A DNA stretch of 63,829 nt, counting the filler, from Octopus bimaculoides (Eukaryota), in the NCBI RefSeq assembly GCF_001194135.2. It is 5 parts of 4 records of this genome, joined end to end, with 100 filler letters (N's around TTAATTAATTAA, not from the genome) between each part and the next. Parts side by side here need not be neighbours in the genome. Positions count along the whole stretch, not along the records: positions 1 to 22,563 come from NC_068990.1; 4 more parts are not named here. The stretch is one strand, 5' to 3'. The notes beneath the pieces were generated by a model that was not told where the DNA came from, did no database searches, and saw only the letters and a list, made by a program, of their open reading frames with translations. This document shows positions 1 to 13,629 of the stretch, in pieces; the first letter of the stretch is position 1; every line of letters begins with the position of its first letter. The translations under genes were made by a program, and so were the position numbers.

Positions 1-1195
1 TACACGTGTTTCAAGTTTTATACACAAACTGTCGTTGTACCCACTGACTGGCTCTTGTGCCGGTGGCATGTAAAAAACACCAACCGAACATGGCCAATGC
101 CAGTACCCCCTGACAGGCTCCATGCTGGTGGCATGTAAAAAGCTCTATCTGAACGTGATCGATGCCACGCCCTGCTGACTGGCTCCTGTGCCGGTGGCAC
201 GTAAAAAGCACCCACTACACTCTTGGAGTAATTGGCATTAGGAAGGGCATCCAGCTGTAGAAACATTGCCAGATCAGATTGGAGCCTGGTGTAGCTACTG
301 ACTCTCCAGACCTCAGTCAAACCATCCAACCCATGCCAGTATGCAAAACAGACGTTAAATGATGACGTTGATATATATATCATCATATATATAAATTAAA
401 TAGAGATTCAATTGGCAATCAATAATTTATTTATATTATAATATAACGTAATATACTTTTTGAAATATATAGAAATATATTTCGATTGTTGTAGATTCTA
501 TTTACTTAATTATTTTGTCCGTTATAATTTTGTTGTTTTTTAATTTTAATTGTTATGTAGTTGAAAGGTTAACACTCACGCTCATAATACATAGGCATTT
601 GCATTAATTTTTTTATAGTCCAGCTGTCCTTTCACACATAATTTAGTCTGTCTATAAACCAAAGCTCTGAAGAGATTTATAAGTGGATATGTATTGTTTA
701 TAAATCAAATACTGTATATAAGTCGAAACAAATTTTTGGCTATTTTGATTTTTTAATGTTATCTTATATTCTATCATATTCGTAGTATATTATGTTATAA
801 TATAAATAAATTATTGGATTGTCAATTGAATCTCTCTATTTAATTTGTTTGTAATTTGCATTATACTCATTTTTATGTGGTATTCAACTGATGTACCAGT
901 GAATTGGTGAATTGGATGTTTTACACACACCTTTGAAGGAATTATTTTCCTTAGTTTGTTACTATGTGTGTGTGTGTGTCTGTGTTTGTCCTCCACCACA
1001 CCTTGATAACAAGTGTTGGTGTATTTACATCCTTGTAACTTAGTAGGTTCAACGAAAGAGATCAGTAGAATAAGTTCTAGGTTTTAACAAAAAAACAACA
1101 TGTCCTGGGGTCAATTTGTTTGACTAAAACCCTTCAAGGAAGTGCCCCAGCATGGCCACAGTCAAATGACTGAAACAAGTAAAAGGTAAAAGATA

Positions 1196-1354
1196 TTTCA
1201 TAACTTCAAGTTTTCAATGATGTAATTGTTAATTTTCGAATGACATTGTTGGGTAGGTTTGAGAGGTAATATCTGGTAATATCTGGCCAGTTTGAACATA
1301 AAACAGGTAGAAAATTTGGGCCAAAGAGAGCCAGATTAAATGCTGAAGTGTTAA
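1196..1354 (-). mobile_element. Partial copy of the same TTAA MITE family as 14576-14795
   Basis: Reverse complement ttaacacttcagcatttaatctggctctctttggcccaaattttctacctgttttatg aligns to the 5' part of the 14576 element. Confidence 0.65.
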
Positions 1355-3105
1355 GTAGATGGAACATTGATTAAAAAGTTATTGATGGCAGGTATAATTT
1401 CAGTGTTGTTAATGATAGGTGTGATAACGACACAGGGTAATACAGATTTTGGTAAAACAGTGCCAAAATACAAGCTTTGGTTGAAGACTTGTTCAGGATT
1501 TTATTCACAGGTTTAATCTTACTATGTGATACCGTGGGCTAACCAAAGCCTTGTGAGTGAGTTAGATAAGCAGAAAGTGAACAAATCATCTGTGTGTGTA
1601 TGTGTGTCCTTGTCTTGACAGTTGTAAATGAGTGTCACTGTCATACAAGCAGTGTCATTCATTTCCAATATTCTGAAAAAACATGTCTGGTCAAGGTGAA
1701 ATACTATCTTGCTTCGAAACAGATGAGGGTTGGTGACAGGAAGAGCATCTTAGTCATAGATGACCAACTTCAAACTGCGCTCAACCCACACAAACATTGA
1801 ATGTTGATTCTGATGACTCATAAAATGGCAATGCTAGAAAAACTCCAGGCAACAGGAATTTAGGATTGTTAAAACATCAAAACTAAGTTCTTGAAGAAAT
1901 ATAGTTATTGGGTAATATAACTTCAACAGAATTTGTACATATATGTATATGTATGTGTATATATATATATANNNNNNNNNNNNNNNNNNNNNNNNNNNNN
2001 NNNNNNNNNNNNNNNNNNNNNNNNNNNNNNNNNNNNNNNNNNNNNNNNNNNNNNNNNNNNNNNNNNNNNNNNNNNNNNNNNNNNNNNNNNNNNNNNNNNN
2101 NNNNNNNNNNNNNNNNNNNNNNNNNNNNNNNNNNNNNNNNNNNNNNNNNNNNNNNNNNNNNNNNNNNNNNNNNNNNNNNNNNNNNNNNNNNNNNNNNNNN
2201 NNNNNNNNNNNNNNNNNNNNNNNNNNNNNNNNNNNNNNNNNNNNNNNNNNNNNNNNNNNNNNNNNNNNNNNNNNNNNNNNNNNNNNNNNNNNNNNNNNNN
2301 NNNNNNNNNNNNNNNNNNNNNNNNNNNNNNNNNNNNNNNNNNNNNNNNNNNNNNNNNNNNNNNNNNNNNNNNNNNNNNNNNNNNNNNNNNNNNNNNNNNN
2401 NNNNNNNNNNNNNNNNNNNNNNNNNNNNNNNNNNNNNNNNNNNNNNNNNNNNNNNNNNNNNNNNNNNNNNNNNNNNNNNNNNNNNNNNNNNNNNNNNNNN
2501 NNNNNNNNNNNNNNNNNNNNNNNNNNNNNNNNNNNNNNNNNNNNNNNNNNNNNNNNNNNNNNNNNNNNNNNNNNNNNNNNNNNNNNNNNNNNNNNNNNNN
2601 NNNNNNNNNNNNNNNNNNNNNNNNNNNNNNNNNNNNNNNNNNNNNNNNNNNNNNNNNNNNNNNNNNNNNNNNNNNNNNNNNNNNNNNNNNNNNNNNNNNN
2701 NNNNNNNNNNNNNNNNNNNNNNNNNNNNNNNNNNNNNNNNNNNNNNNNNNNNNNNNNNNNNNNNNNNNNNNNNNNNNNNNNNNNNNNNNNNNNNNNNNNN
2801 NNNNNNNNNNNNNNNNNNNNNNNNNNNNNNNNNNNNNNNNNNNNNNNNNNNNNNNNNNNNNNNNNNNNNNNNNNNNNNNNNNNNNNNNNNNNNNNNNNNN
2901 NNNNNNNNNNNNNNNNNNNNNNNNNNNNNNNNNNNATATATATATATATATATATACACATATATATCTATGTATATATAGATATATATATATATATATG
3001 TATATATATGTGTGTGTGTGTGTACATACATATCTATACATACATAAATATGCGTATATATTCACGTATATACATATATACATGTGTGTGTGTATATATA
3101 TATGC

Positions 3106-3176
<71 letters not shown>

Positions 3177-4921
3177 ATCCAACTATATAATCCAACCTAT
3201 ATAATCCAACCAAAATATCTGTTACACAAACGTAAATGGAATTACTATTTAACATTAGAATACATCGTACATATTCAAAGAACCTTCTTGGTTTAGTGGT
3301 ACGGAACGTTTTTCTGGTGTTCTTTTATTCTTTTACTTGTTTCAGTCATGTGAAGGTGGCCATACTAGAGCACCACCCTTTAGTCGAAGAAATTGACTTA
3401 TTCCCCGTAAGCCTGCTGCTTATTCTATCAGTCTTTTCTGCTGAACTGCTAAATTACAGGGATGCAAACACACCAACATCAGTTGTCAAGCAATGGTGGT
3501 GGTGGTGGGACAAACGCAAACAGAAACACACACACACATACATACATATATATATATGACGGGCTTGGAGGTAGTGGTGATGCTGGCTGGTGCGACTTTG
3601 TAGTGTGCTGGTATTCCGAGAGAGATCCAGCGGGCCCCTAACTGGTTCCCCGATCTTAAAGGTGTAATGTGGATGTGTAATGATGGAGCAGCTGGTGTGG
3701 TGGTGATGCTAGCTGGTGCAGTGGTCTTCTTCACAGTACTTCATAGTAGACAATATTTCGTGTGTATGTCACACCACATTTTTTGGCCTTGTCTATTATA
3801 TTAAAGGGCCTGTCTCAACAAATCTCTCTGACCAATGAAGGCATGAAAAAAGGTGACATTAAAATGATGATGATGTAAAAGGCATGGTGATACTATATTT
3901 TTTATGCGAATATTTGTGGCTTCTTTGAAGAGGTAGAAATCCTTTGAGGACCGCTCAGTCAAATCTAGCATTTCTTTCAGTGACAGCTCAGTTTATCTTT
4001 TGGGAGATATTCAAGATAGAAAAATTAGGTGTGTGGTAACATACTGAAATAATTATCCATTGACTGATATAATTATCCGGAATTGGAGATGAGGAATTTG
4101 GGAGGGGCATTGTGTGTGCAATGTAGAATTGGAAATAAAATGGGATGCAAACTCTTTTTTTTTTTTTTATCTGTTTGGGTGTTATTTACATAGTTATTTT
4201 GGTTGAGGATTGGTAAGTATGAATATTTTACCAAGTAAGAAGAGATATTTTGGCAAGGGCTCAGAAGGGCTGGTTGCAATTTGAAAGGTGAGACAGCTTG
4301 CAGGCCATGTGATTCACAAAGGTAGAGAAGTTTCCTTTCCTCTAAGACAGTATACGTGGGTGCAGTGTTCCTCCCTTGTACAGCTGCAGTGCAACTGTGA
4401 GTAAACTACTGAGGGTTTAGGGGTTGTGAGTCTGGCCAATGCAGAAAGGTATCAGTTACTCATCTAGCAATGTTGTGAGATAATTTTCTACCAACAGTAA
4501 TTAGTATAAAACAGATTAATTATAATGATGTTGATATTATTTTTCTGTTTTATTTCATTTGTTTTTTGTTTTTTTTCTTTATCTTTAAAAATCTAAAAAT
4601 TCTTTCATGGGAATATTTCATGAAAATTGTTTCCTCTAGATTCCTTATTTGTAAAAGTGGTGTTATCTAAATTATTTAACTCTAGTAATTTACGAACCTT
4701 ACTATCTTGTTAGCTTATTTCCTAATTGTTAGCTTCTTGAAATTCTTTTCTGTTGCCTCCATTTTATATGACCTTATTCTCACTCCTGTTTTGTCATGTA
4801 CTTTTTTTTTTTACTGATTTACTTCTAAAATTGTTTGTATTTTACAAATCAATGTAGATTGGTTCATTTTAATGCACACATCAGCATAGTTTAGCTTTAT
4901 TTTAACATTGCTGTGTTGCAG

Positions 4922-5045
4922 ATTTGCCTAATTTACCTCAAGCTTCACTATTTTCCAGAATAATCTCATTTGAAAAATATATAATGGATATTGTACTGAA
5001 GAAGCACAAAACACATGAGGAAATCGATAGACTACTTTCAGGAAA
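4922..5045 (+). CDS. Candidate orphan internal coding exon, product unknown
   Basis: gtgttgcag|AT...GGAAA|gttagt. Open frame (D)LPNLPQASLFSRIISFEKYIMDIVLKKHKTHEEIDRLLSG(K) in non-repetitive AT-rich DNA. An alternative acceptor ttttccag| at 4959 is in the same frame. No homology recognised. Confidence 0.35.
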
Positions 5046-5404
5046 GTTAGTCCAAGTTATCTCATAAATTAAGACTAGTTTTCCTTGTACCTTCTTCGAA
5101 TTATTATTCTATATTGAGAAAGTGCGGCACTAAAGTAGAAAATACAGTTTTAATATTTCAGTTTTGTATTTTGTTTACAAGATTCTTGATGTGAACACAT
5201 GTTGAAATAGATTTTGTTGTATCTCAGACGGGTCATTTTGCTAATAAACACACACACACACTGGATCTATTTCACGTCAGCATGGAAAGCAGATGCTAAA
5301 TGATGATGATGTATAAGTATGTGCATAAAAATGGTCATAAATATATATATATATATAAACAAAATTAAGGGATCAGCAACAGGTTGCTTCACCACATATA
5401 TATT

Positions 5405-6288
5405 TAGTGTGTGGTGAACAAACTGTCGTCTAAATTACGCAAAAATGAAAATAACACTGACATCTCATTTAACATATATTTACCGAAATTACGTAATAAT
5501 ATCTTGAAATACTAAAGAGCAAATATATTCAATAGAATCGCCACTGGCTTCAACCATGGCCTCTGGATGACTTCAGAATCTCCTGCAACTCTTCTGGACA
5601 GTCTCCTTGTTTAAGTTGGTGAATGCTGCCATAATCTTTGTTTTCAGTTCACCTTTGATGTTAGAAGGAGCTTTGTTGGTCCCTTGCTCAACTGCGCCCA
5701 ACACATTATAATCAAGGGGGTTGCAATCTGAGGAGTTATGTGGCCAGATATTAGGGGTGGTAGGGTCACGGAAATTGTCTGACAGCTATGACTGGGTTCT
5801 CCTGCTTGTGTGGAATGGTGCAGAGTCCTGTTGCCAGACATAGGGTCTTCCAGCAACCACTCTCTTGACCCAGGGCAGCACTACCTCCTCCAGGCACTTG
5901 ATGTAGGCCTCCGTGTTGAGTCTGAGGCTGTGTGGGAAGATGAATGGAGGCATAACGTTGCCATCACTAGTGATCACTCCAAACGCCATGATGTGATGTT
6001 GACTGAATGTTTGATTTGTATCGCTCTTAGTACATGTCATCAGATTGCACTGTCCTCAGATTGACACCCAGACACTGAAATGTTCATATTAGAGTTTCCG
6101 GTGCAAATGCCAAGCAGTACAGCATTTCTTTTCCAAATTTCTGGCAAAATGAACTGCATCATGGTGCTGTTTTTTTCTCACAGACAGTGCCCCACTGACC
6201 CTACTATACTGTATAGTCAACAAAATCAAAAACAAATGTGCAAAATTAAAAATATAAAATGGCAACAATTTACCCATTACACCCTGTG
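5405..6288 (-). mobile_element. Internally deleted, inactive Tc1/mariner transposon of the maT (DD37D) type
   Basis: Minus translation IMAFGVITSDGNVMPPFIFPHSLRLNTEAYIKCLEEVVLPWVKRVVAGRPYVWQQDSAPFHTSRRTQS*LSDNFRDPTTPNIWPHNSSDCNPLDYNVW has 37 residues between QQD and the final D of DCNPLD. The C-terminus ...AFTNLNKETVQKSCRRF* follows. Imperfect TIRs lie at about 5405-5432 and 6260-6288. Stops are present. Confidence 0.9.
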
Positions 6289-6290
6289 TG

Positions 6291-6323
<33 letters not shown>

Positions 6324-6397
6324 ATCTATATATGTGTGTGTGTATCTATCTATCTATATTTATATATCTATCTATCTGTCTATACATACATATATAG

Positions 6398-6439
<42 letters not shown>

Positions 6440-6534
6440 ACACNNNNNNNNNNNNNNNNNNNNNNNNNNNNNNNNNNNNNNNNNNNNNNNNNNNNNNNNN
6501 NNNNNNNNNNNNNNNNNNNNNNNNNNNNNNNNNN

Positions 6535-6575
<41 letters not shown>

Positions 6576-7978
6576 TGGGCTTCTTTTAGTTTCCATCTAC
6601 CAATATCCACTTACAAGATTTTAGTCAGCCCAGGACTACAGAAGAAGACACAACATGGTTATTGAGGGACTTTCTTAACAGACTGAAATGAAGCATTTCC
6701 AACTGAGAATTGGAGCCTAATTGCAAACCTCATAGTGAAAATAAACCAGTAAAATGCCACAATAACTTATTACAAAATTTGCCTGAAGAATAAATTCCAT
6801 GAATACTGATTTGAAAGTGATGCAGCATGTGAGATGATATAGAATTTATTGATTTAGTGTATTGGATTTTGGTACTAGATCTCCTGTCCTTAATTTCAGT
6901 TATTGTTGCTGTTTGTTTTTAGAATATTAATTTATAAATGGCCTAATGTAGAGTTTAATAATTAAGTAGATTGTTAGTTTTTAATAAGTGGAAGAACAAA
7001 AAATGTATGTCTGGCATTCTTGATAGGTTGTTAACATTTTACTACAGTAGCCAGCAGATGATTTGTGTGTGTGTGTGTGTGTGCGCGTGTGCGTGCATGT
7101 CTGCTGTAGCAAATATAATGCCAAGAATTTTGGTAAATGAAGGCTGATAATAAAGCAAATTTTCATTAGTGAAACGTAGGCAAGCTGTATCTTCAATCTG
7201 AGGAGTGGCACCATCTAGCAGGAGTACTTAGAAACCCTATCTCTATGAACAATGATCTCACTAACTGCTATAATATATGTTCAGTGACCTGTTGTTGGAG
7301 TACTTGGTAGCTTGTTATGCTTTATACTTGCAAGTTGATTGGGTTGGATAGTGAAATAGATGCAGATGATAGCAAAACAATGTTGATGTTTACTAGTTTT
7401 GCTTGTGACCCTGAGATATCTACCGACAGTACAGAAGGGATTCCAACATTGAGATGGAATTAGAAGAGCTTGAAAAACTTCTGAGTAGCCCCTGCCCTGC
7501 AGTTGCTGCATTGGGCAAAGCATCTACAATGTTTACTTCACCTATTTGTGAGAGGTGTGTGGGTTAGTGAAATACATACAAATGATAGCAAAACTGACGC
7601 AGTTGTTTACTAGTCTCTGGTTTGATGTCTAATGTTTTGATTTCATCTGTACCAAGATCAAATCCATCATTGTAAAACTAACAAAATAAGTAACATAAAC
7701 TTGGATTATTTCAAGCAGTAATTAACTGATCTCCAGTACAGTTGGCATTGTGGTCTAGCTGTGAGAAATATACATACATACATGACACTAGTTTTAGATT
7801 GTTTTCATCGATTGATAAACACGTCCATATATATTGGGTTTATATCTTTTTTTACAGGTAGATGCATAAACACGTGTGCATATGCACACATGCATGTACA
7901 CACGTGGGTTTTCATCATATATACTCTTGCTCAGATATATATGCCACCCATATACATATATTCAATATATGTGCACTC

Positions 7979-8019
<41 letters not shown>

Positions 8020-8445
8020 NNNNNNNNNNNNNNNNNNNNNNNNNNNNNNNNNNNNNNNNNNNNNNNNNNNNNNNNNNNNNNNNNNNNNNNNNNNNNNNNN
8101 NNNNNNNNNNNNNNNNNNNNNNNNNNNNNNNNNNNNNNNNNNNNNNNNNNNNNNNNNNNNNNNNNNNNNNNNNNNNNNNNNNNNNNNNNNNNNNNNNNNN
8201 NNNNNNNNNNNNNNNNNNNNNNNNNNNNNNNNNNNNNNNNNNNNNNNNNNNNNNNNNNNNNNNNNNNNNNNNNNNNNNNNNNNNNNNNNNNNNNNNNNNN
8301 NNNNNNNNNNNNNNNNNNNNNNNNNNNNNNNNNNNNNNNNNNNNNNNNNNNNNNNNNNNNNNNNNNNNNNNNNNNNNNNNNNNNNNNNNNNNNNNNNNNN
8401 NNNNNNNNNNNNNNNNNNNNNNNNNNNNNNNNNNNNNNNNNNNNN

Positions 8446-8505
<60 letters not shown>

Positions 8506-9507
8506 GCACACTCAAAGATACACGTGCACACATACTCAGATACACATACACACACATGCTCATACTCACATATACACACACACACACATTAATTATCTAA
8601 GTATATTTAATGTTATTCTACATGTAGCCCTATTCATAGACATAGAACTTAAATAACTGGTTTTAGAATAGCAACTCAGAGACCTAGAGTTCAGACCTGG
8701 CTAATGTCTATTCAGTATGGATTTGAACAGTAATTGAAGTCAATTTAACCATTGTCAACCTGTAACATTTCTCTAACAAGGTCCAGATGCTCTTTTAAAT
8801 TACATTTTGATATTCTTGCTAAATAAATTTTATTTTCAAACATGTGAAATGTAGCTTTTTCTCAAATTACTGTAGTAATGGTATAGTGAAATGTTTTACT
8901 TTATTTGTTTCAATCAATGGACCGTGACTCTGCTGAAGAACTATCAAACAAATTGACTCAGGACTTACTTTGTTTAACATCTGGTACTTATTTTGTTGGT
9001 TCTCTTTCACCAAACTGCTAAGTTACAGGGATGTAAACAAACCAACACTATTTATAAGGTGGAAGGGAAAAGAGGATAAACAAAAAGACATGCACATACA
9101 CATATTTATATGATGGGCTTCTGCATAGTTTCTACCTTCCAAATTTACTCATAGGCCCAGAGTTTTAGCAGAAACACTTGCACATGGTGCTGTGCTATCA
9201 GACTGAACCAGAAACCACATGATTACAGTGCAAGCTTCTTAACCATTCAACTATACCTGCCATTCCCTCAATAAGATTTTATTCGTTTGACATTTTGCCT
9301 TAAGAAAACTTGTTTTGAGGCTAGCTAAGTCAGTTTCCTGCCAAAGTTAGTGTGCATTGTTTATTAGAGCAAGACTTCACATTCTGTTTTTATCCATATA
9401 ATACCCCTTTGTGCATTTTTAAACAAATTCCTCTTCATGTAACTATACACAGCTAAAGTTTATGGTCAGGAGAGCCAAGTAAATTTATAAGGTGAATTTA
9501 TACAATG

Positions 9508-9920
9508 TGGCTGTGTGTTTAAGTAGTTTTGCTTCCTAACAACATGTTTTCAGGTTCATTCCCACCTTGGGCAGATGTTTTCCATGGTAGCCCTGAGCTT
9601 CCCAGAGCTTTGTGAGGGGATTTGGTTGATGATGAGAAATGAAAAACCCTATCATCGTATGTGTGTGCGTATGTTTATATGTATATATGTATGTGTTTGT
9701 ATGTCTGTGTTCCCTTCTCTTGCCATTACGTGATAGTTGTAGACAAGTGTTTCTGTCATAAACAGTGTTATTCATTTCTAATACTCTGTGGAAACATGTC
9801 TGGCTATGGAGAAATATTGCCTTACTTAGAAACAGGTGAGGGTTGGGAACAAGGAATGTATCCAGCTGTAGAATTTTGTGTGACCTATGCAAGCACAGAA
9901 AAATGGATATTAAAATGATG
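9508..9920 (+). mobile_element. SINE with family-A head/core but an RTE-type 3' tail (family A')
   Basis: Head gtggctgtgtgtttaag...ccttgggcag; different body; ends ...ggatattaaaatgatga. A related partial copy lies at about 1490-1750. Confidence 0.6.
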
Positions 9921-12372
9921 AATTTTGTATTGGGAAAAAATGCTAAAAGCTTCTAAATGATATGTTTTCCAGCTACCCAAAATTGTTTTATGCCAGTATA
10001 AGCAGCAAATAAGATTTTCCAAATCTCACCAAATTCCATGTGTACTTACTCAGATTTTCTATCAAATCTTCTGGATATAAAGACCTCTGTACACTATAGA
10101 GACTTTTATAAAAGTATCTCACTTAATATTTGAATAAGCTCACAGGCATTTTGCCAAGACAGGAATCAGATTATCTATAATAACTGAAAATGTTTCAGTT
10201 ATGAATTATTGATAAGCCATTTTACACTTAATAAGATCACAAAATTACCAGAAACAGAAAAAATTATCATAGTTCCAGCTTTTATGTTGTCTTTGGGGGT
10301 TTTGCAGTTAATATTGATTTCAGATTTTGACACAAGGACAGCAAGTCTATTACATTCATCCCAATACTCAAATGGTGCTTATTTTATCGACCCCAAAAGG
10401 ATGAAAGGCAAAGTCAGGCTTGGCAGAATCTGAACTCAGAATGTACAGATTGAGAAAATGCTTCTAAGCATTTTGCGCAGCATGCTAACAACTCTGCCAG
10501 CTTTGCCACATTAGTTTTTGCTGTAAATATTTGTGAACAAAAAGCTGGCAGAATCATTAGCATGTCAAGCAGAATGCTTAGCAGCATTTCATCTGTCTTT
10601 TTGTTTTGAGTTCAAATTCTGTCAAGATTGGATTTGCCTTTTATCATTTCTGAGTCAATAAAATATGTCTAATTTTATCTATAACCATCTGTCACTCTCT
10701 TTTTGCACTCTTGCAAACCTACCCATCCACCATTCTTGATCTTTTGTCCCTATTCTCTATAATACCCACCTTCTTGACTTTGAAGCCATGTATATCCTGA
10801 CACTTTATCTCCACTATGTTTTTCCCTCCTTCTGGCTGGGGTAACCATGTATCACTTTTACAGCAAGACAATGATTCCTGTTCCTCTATCATATTTTAGT
10901 CTCTTGACACTTGGCCATAAATCCACCTTCAATACTAAATTCCCATTCAGGGGTCTTTTTTTTTTTGTGAGTTATTTAGTGACCTGACCTCACAAGTGTT
11001 GATGCCATAAAAAAAATTTTAAAAACACCCAGTACATTCTGTAAGGAATTGATGTTAGAAGGAGCTTTGAACTGTAGAAATCATGCCTAATAGACACCGG
11101 AGTTTGGCACAGTCATTGGACCACAGTCATACTGGGGCACCACATTGAAGGGTTTAAGGCAAATAAATTGACACCAGCAATAATATTTTACATCTGTTAC
11201 TTATTCTACCAGTTTCTTTTGCTAAACAGTTAAGTTTCTGTAACATTAACAGACCAATCCCAGTTGTCAACTGGTGGGAGTGAACAAATACATACATACA
11301 TACATACATACATACATACATACATACATACATACATAGGTGCAAGTGTGGGTGTGTGGTAAGAAGCTTGCTTCAAAAAAAAAACACTTCCAGGTTCAGT
11401 CTCACTGTATGACACTTTGGGCAAATGTCTTCTTCTATAGCCTAGGGTGGACCAAAGCCTTGTGAGTGGATTTGTTAGACAGAAAGTGAAAAAAGGCCAT
11501 TGTATATATGTGATGTGTGTGTTTATATATATGCTTGTATGTCTTTGTGTCTGTTTGTTCCCCACCACCACCTGACAACTGGTGTTGGTTTGTTTACATC
11601 CCCATAACTTAGCAGTTCAGCTAAGAAAGCTGATAGAACAAGTACTAGGCTTAAAAAAAATAAGTACTGAGGTGATTCATTCAGCTAAAAACTCTTTGAA
11701 GGCAGTGCCCCAGCATGGCTGCAGTCTAATGATTGAAAAAAGTAAAAGATATATTTTATATGCTAAATTCAGATGTATACTTGTTTATATTTAAGTATGT
11801 ATGTATGTACACACATTCATGTAAAGCAGACTTCCAAATAGTTTCTGTCTACCAAATTCACTCACAAATCATGAAGTTGACCCAGGGCAACAGTAGAAGA
11901 CAAGATGCTGCATAGTGGGACTGAACTCAAAACCACATACATGCTAAGCAAGCTTCTTAAACACAGCTATGCCTGTTTGATATTTCCTGTAAACATTTTC
12001 TCTTGTCCAAGGTAGTATTTTGTAAATGTTCCAAATTTTTGGGCTGTTGTTGTCTTCTAGTCTGTCTGTCATAGCTTCAACACTGAGAAAAGCTAATGAA
12101 TATGAAGAAAAGAACAACAAAAAAAAAAAAGAAAAAGAAAGCATAAATAAATGTTCTAAGTAGCAGCTGAAAACTGCAAATGTCTGTGTATGTTATGAAT
12201 GGTTGCTATGGCAATGCTTCCTGTGAGGCCAGTATAACGTGTAGCCTTGTTGCATATGTGTACGTTATTTGTATGCTATTTGTACAGTTTGTGTTCAGAA
12301 GTATTTATCAGATGAGAAACACTGTTACAAAATTAATGAGGAAGGCATCATTATGTCTAATTTCAAGAAGCT

Positions 12373-12410
<38 letters not shown>

Positions 12411-12920
12411 GTTTGGCTTTGCCTCCTCCTCCTCCTCCTCCCCTGTTGCTCCACCCCCTGCTGCTCCTCTCTCTGCTGCTCTTCCTTCCTCTGCAGCTCC
12501 TTCCCCTGCAGCTCCTCCCCTGCTGATCCTCCCCTTCTCTGCCTAAGGTTAATGTATTCATTAACTCCGGACGTTTGTACCTTTCATATGTACATGCGTG
12601 TTTGTGTGTGTATATGTATATATCTTATACATATGCATACACGTATATATTAGCATTCATATATGCATGTATATAACTTGTTTCAGTCTTTGGGGCTGTA
12701 GCCATGCTGAGGAGCAAATCCTTACCCCACTCCCACTACCATTTCTTTTAAGTTTGGTACTTAATCGATTGATCTCTTTCACTAACAGCTAAGTTATTGG
12801 GATGTAAACGAACCAACACCAGTTGTCAAGCTATGGTGTGGGGGGAACCACAAAGACACCCTTATTAGTATGGAAGGATGAGATTAAATGATTACACACA
12901 CACACACACACACGCACACA

Positions 12921-13225
12921 GCATGGTTTAGTGGTTAGGGCGTTGCACTCACAATTGTGAGATCATGGGTTCAATTCCCAGACCAGGCGTTATGTTGTGT
13001 TCTTGAGCAAAGCACTTCATTTCACGTTGCTCTGCGATCATTTTGTCATCTGACATGTGGCACATGGTGTACCTGTACAGGTAATGTCAATTTCATGGAG
13101 GGAGTGAGCTTATGTGAGCACAAACATTTGATGATTTGTTTATAACAAATCATCTGTATGGTTGTTTGACTAGAAATTGCCCAACACCCTCATACATCGT
13201 CTGATGATGGGAGACTCCATGATAT
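12921..13225 (+). mobile_element. tRNA-derived SINE, family C
   Basis: gcatggtttagtggttagg...ggttcaattccc...gtgttcttgagcaaagcactt. Related copies lie at about 27899-28130(+), 25690-25860(-), 34050-34270(-), 43230-43307(-), 52055-52150(+) and 54100-54350(-). Confidence 0.7.
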
Positions 13226-13605
13226 ACTTTTTTACTTGTATCAGTCATTTGACTGCAACCATGCTGGAGTACCACTTTTAGTCGAGCAAATCAACCCCAG
13301 GACTTATTCTTTGGAAGCCTAGTATTTATTCTATCGGTCTCTTTTGCCGAACTGCTAAGTTACAGGGACATGAACACACCAGCATCAGTTGTCAAGCGAT
13401 GTTGGGGGGACACACACAGACACACATACACTCATATATACATTTATATGACAGGCTTCTTTCAGTTTCCGTCTACCAAATCCACTCACAAGGCTTTGGT
13501 CGGCCCGAGGCTATAGTAGAAGACACTTGCCCAAGGTGCCACACAATGGGAATGAACCCGGAACCATGTGGTTGGTAAGCAAGCTACTTACCACACAGCT
13601 ACTCC
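13226..13605 (-). mobile_element. SINE family A, full-length copy
   Basis: Reverse complement of the 49574-49980 element. Further copies or fragments lie at about 955-1195(+), 3300-3570(-), 8930-9260(-), 11339-11750(+), 11790-11975(-), 12670-12860(-), 16290-16510(+), 23107-23560(+), 29720-30170(-) and 30200-30505(+). Confidence 0.85.
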
Positions 13606-13629
13606 ATAATATAAAATTTAGAATAGGCC

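Noticed and set aside
1834-3296. Long ORFs of 350-470 aa spanning X runs (also around 7761-8656, 31634-34046, 52627-53600 and 58312-59831)
   Set aside because: Artefacts of N gaps and (AT)n/(CA)n repeats ([12 protein letters not shown] peptides). The real part of 58425-59831 is the RTE fragment at 59458-59828.
12375-12545. Pro/Leu-rich ORFs 12269-12526 and 12325-12561, and similar ORFs at 18954-19338, 24129-24605 and 30975-31532
   Set aside because: Translations of (CT)n/(CCT)n and purine-rich tracts; no domain or splice support.
12921-12990. tRNA genes at SINE heads (also about 27899 and 49574)
   Set aside because: Only A/B-box-like remnants continuing directly into SINE bodies; no complete cloverleaf.
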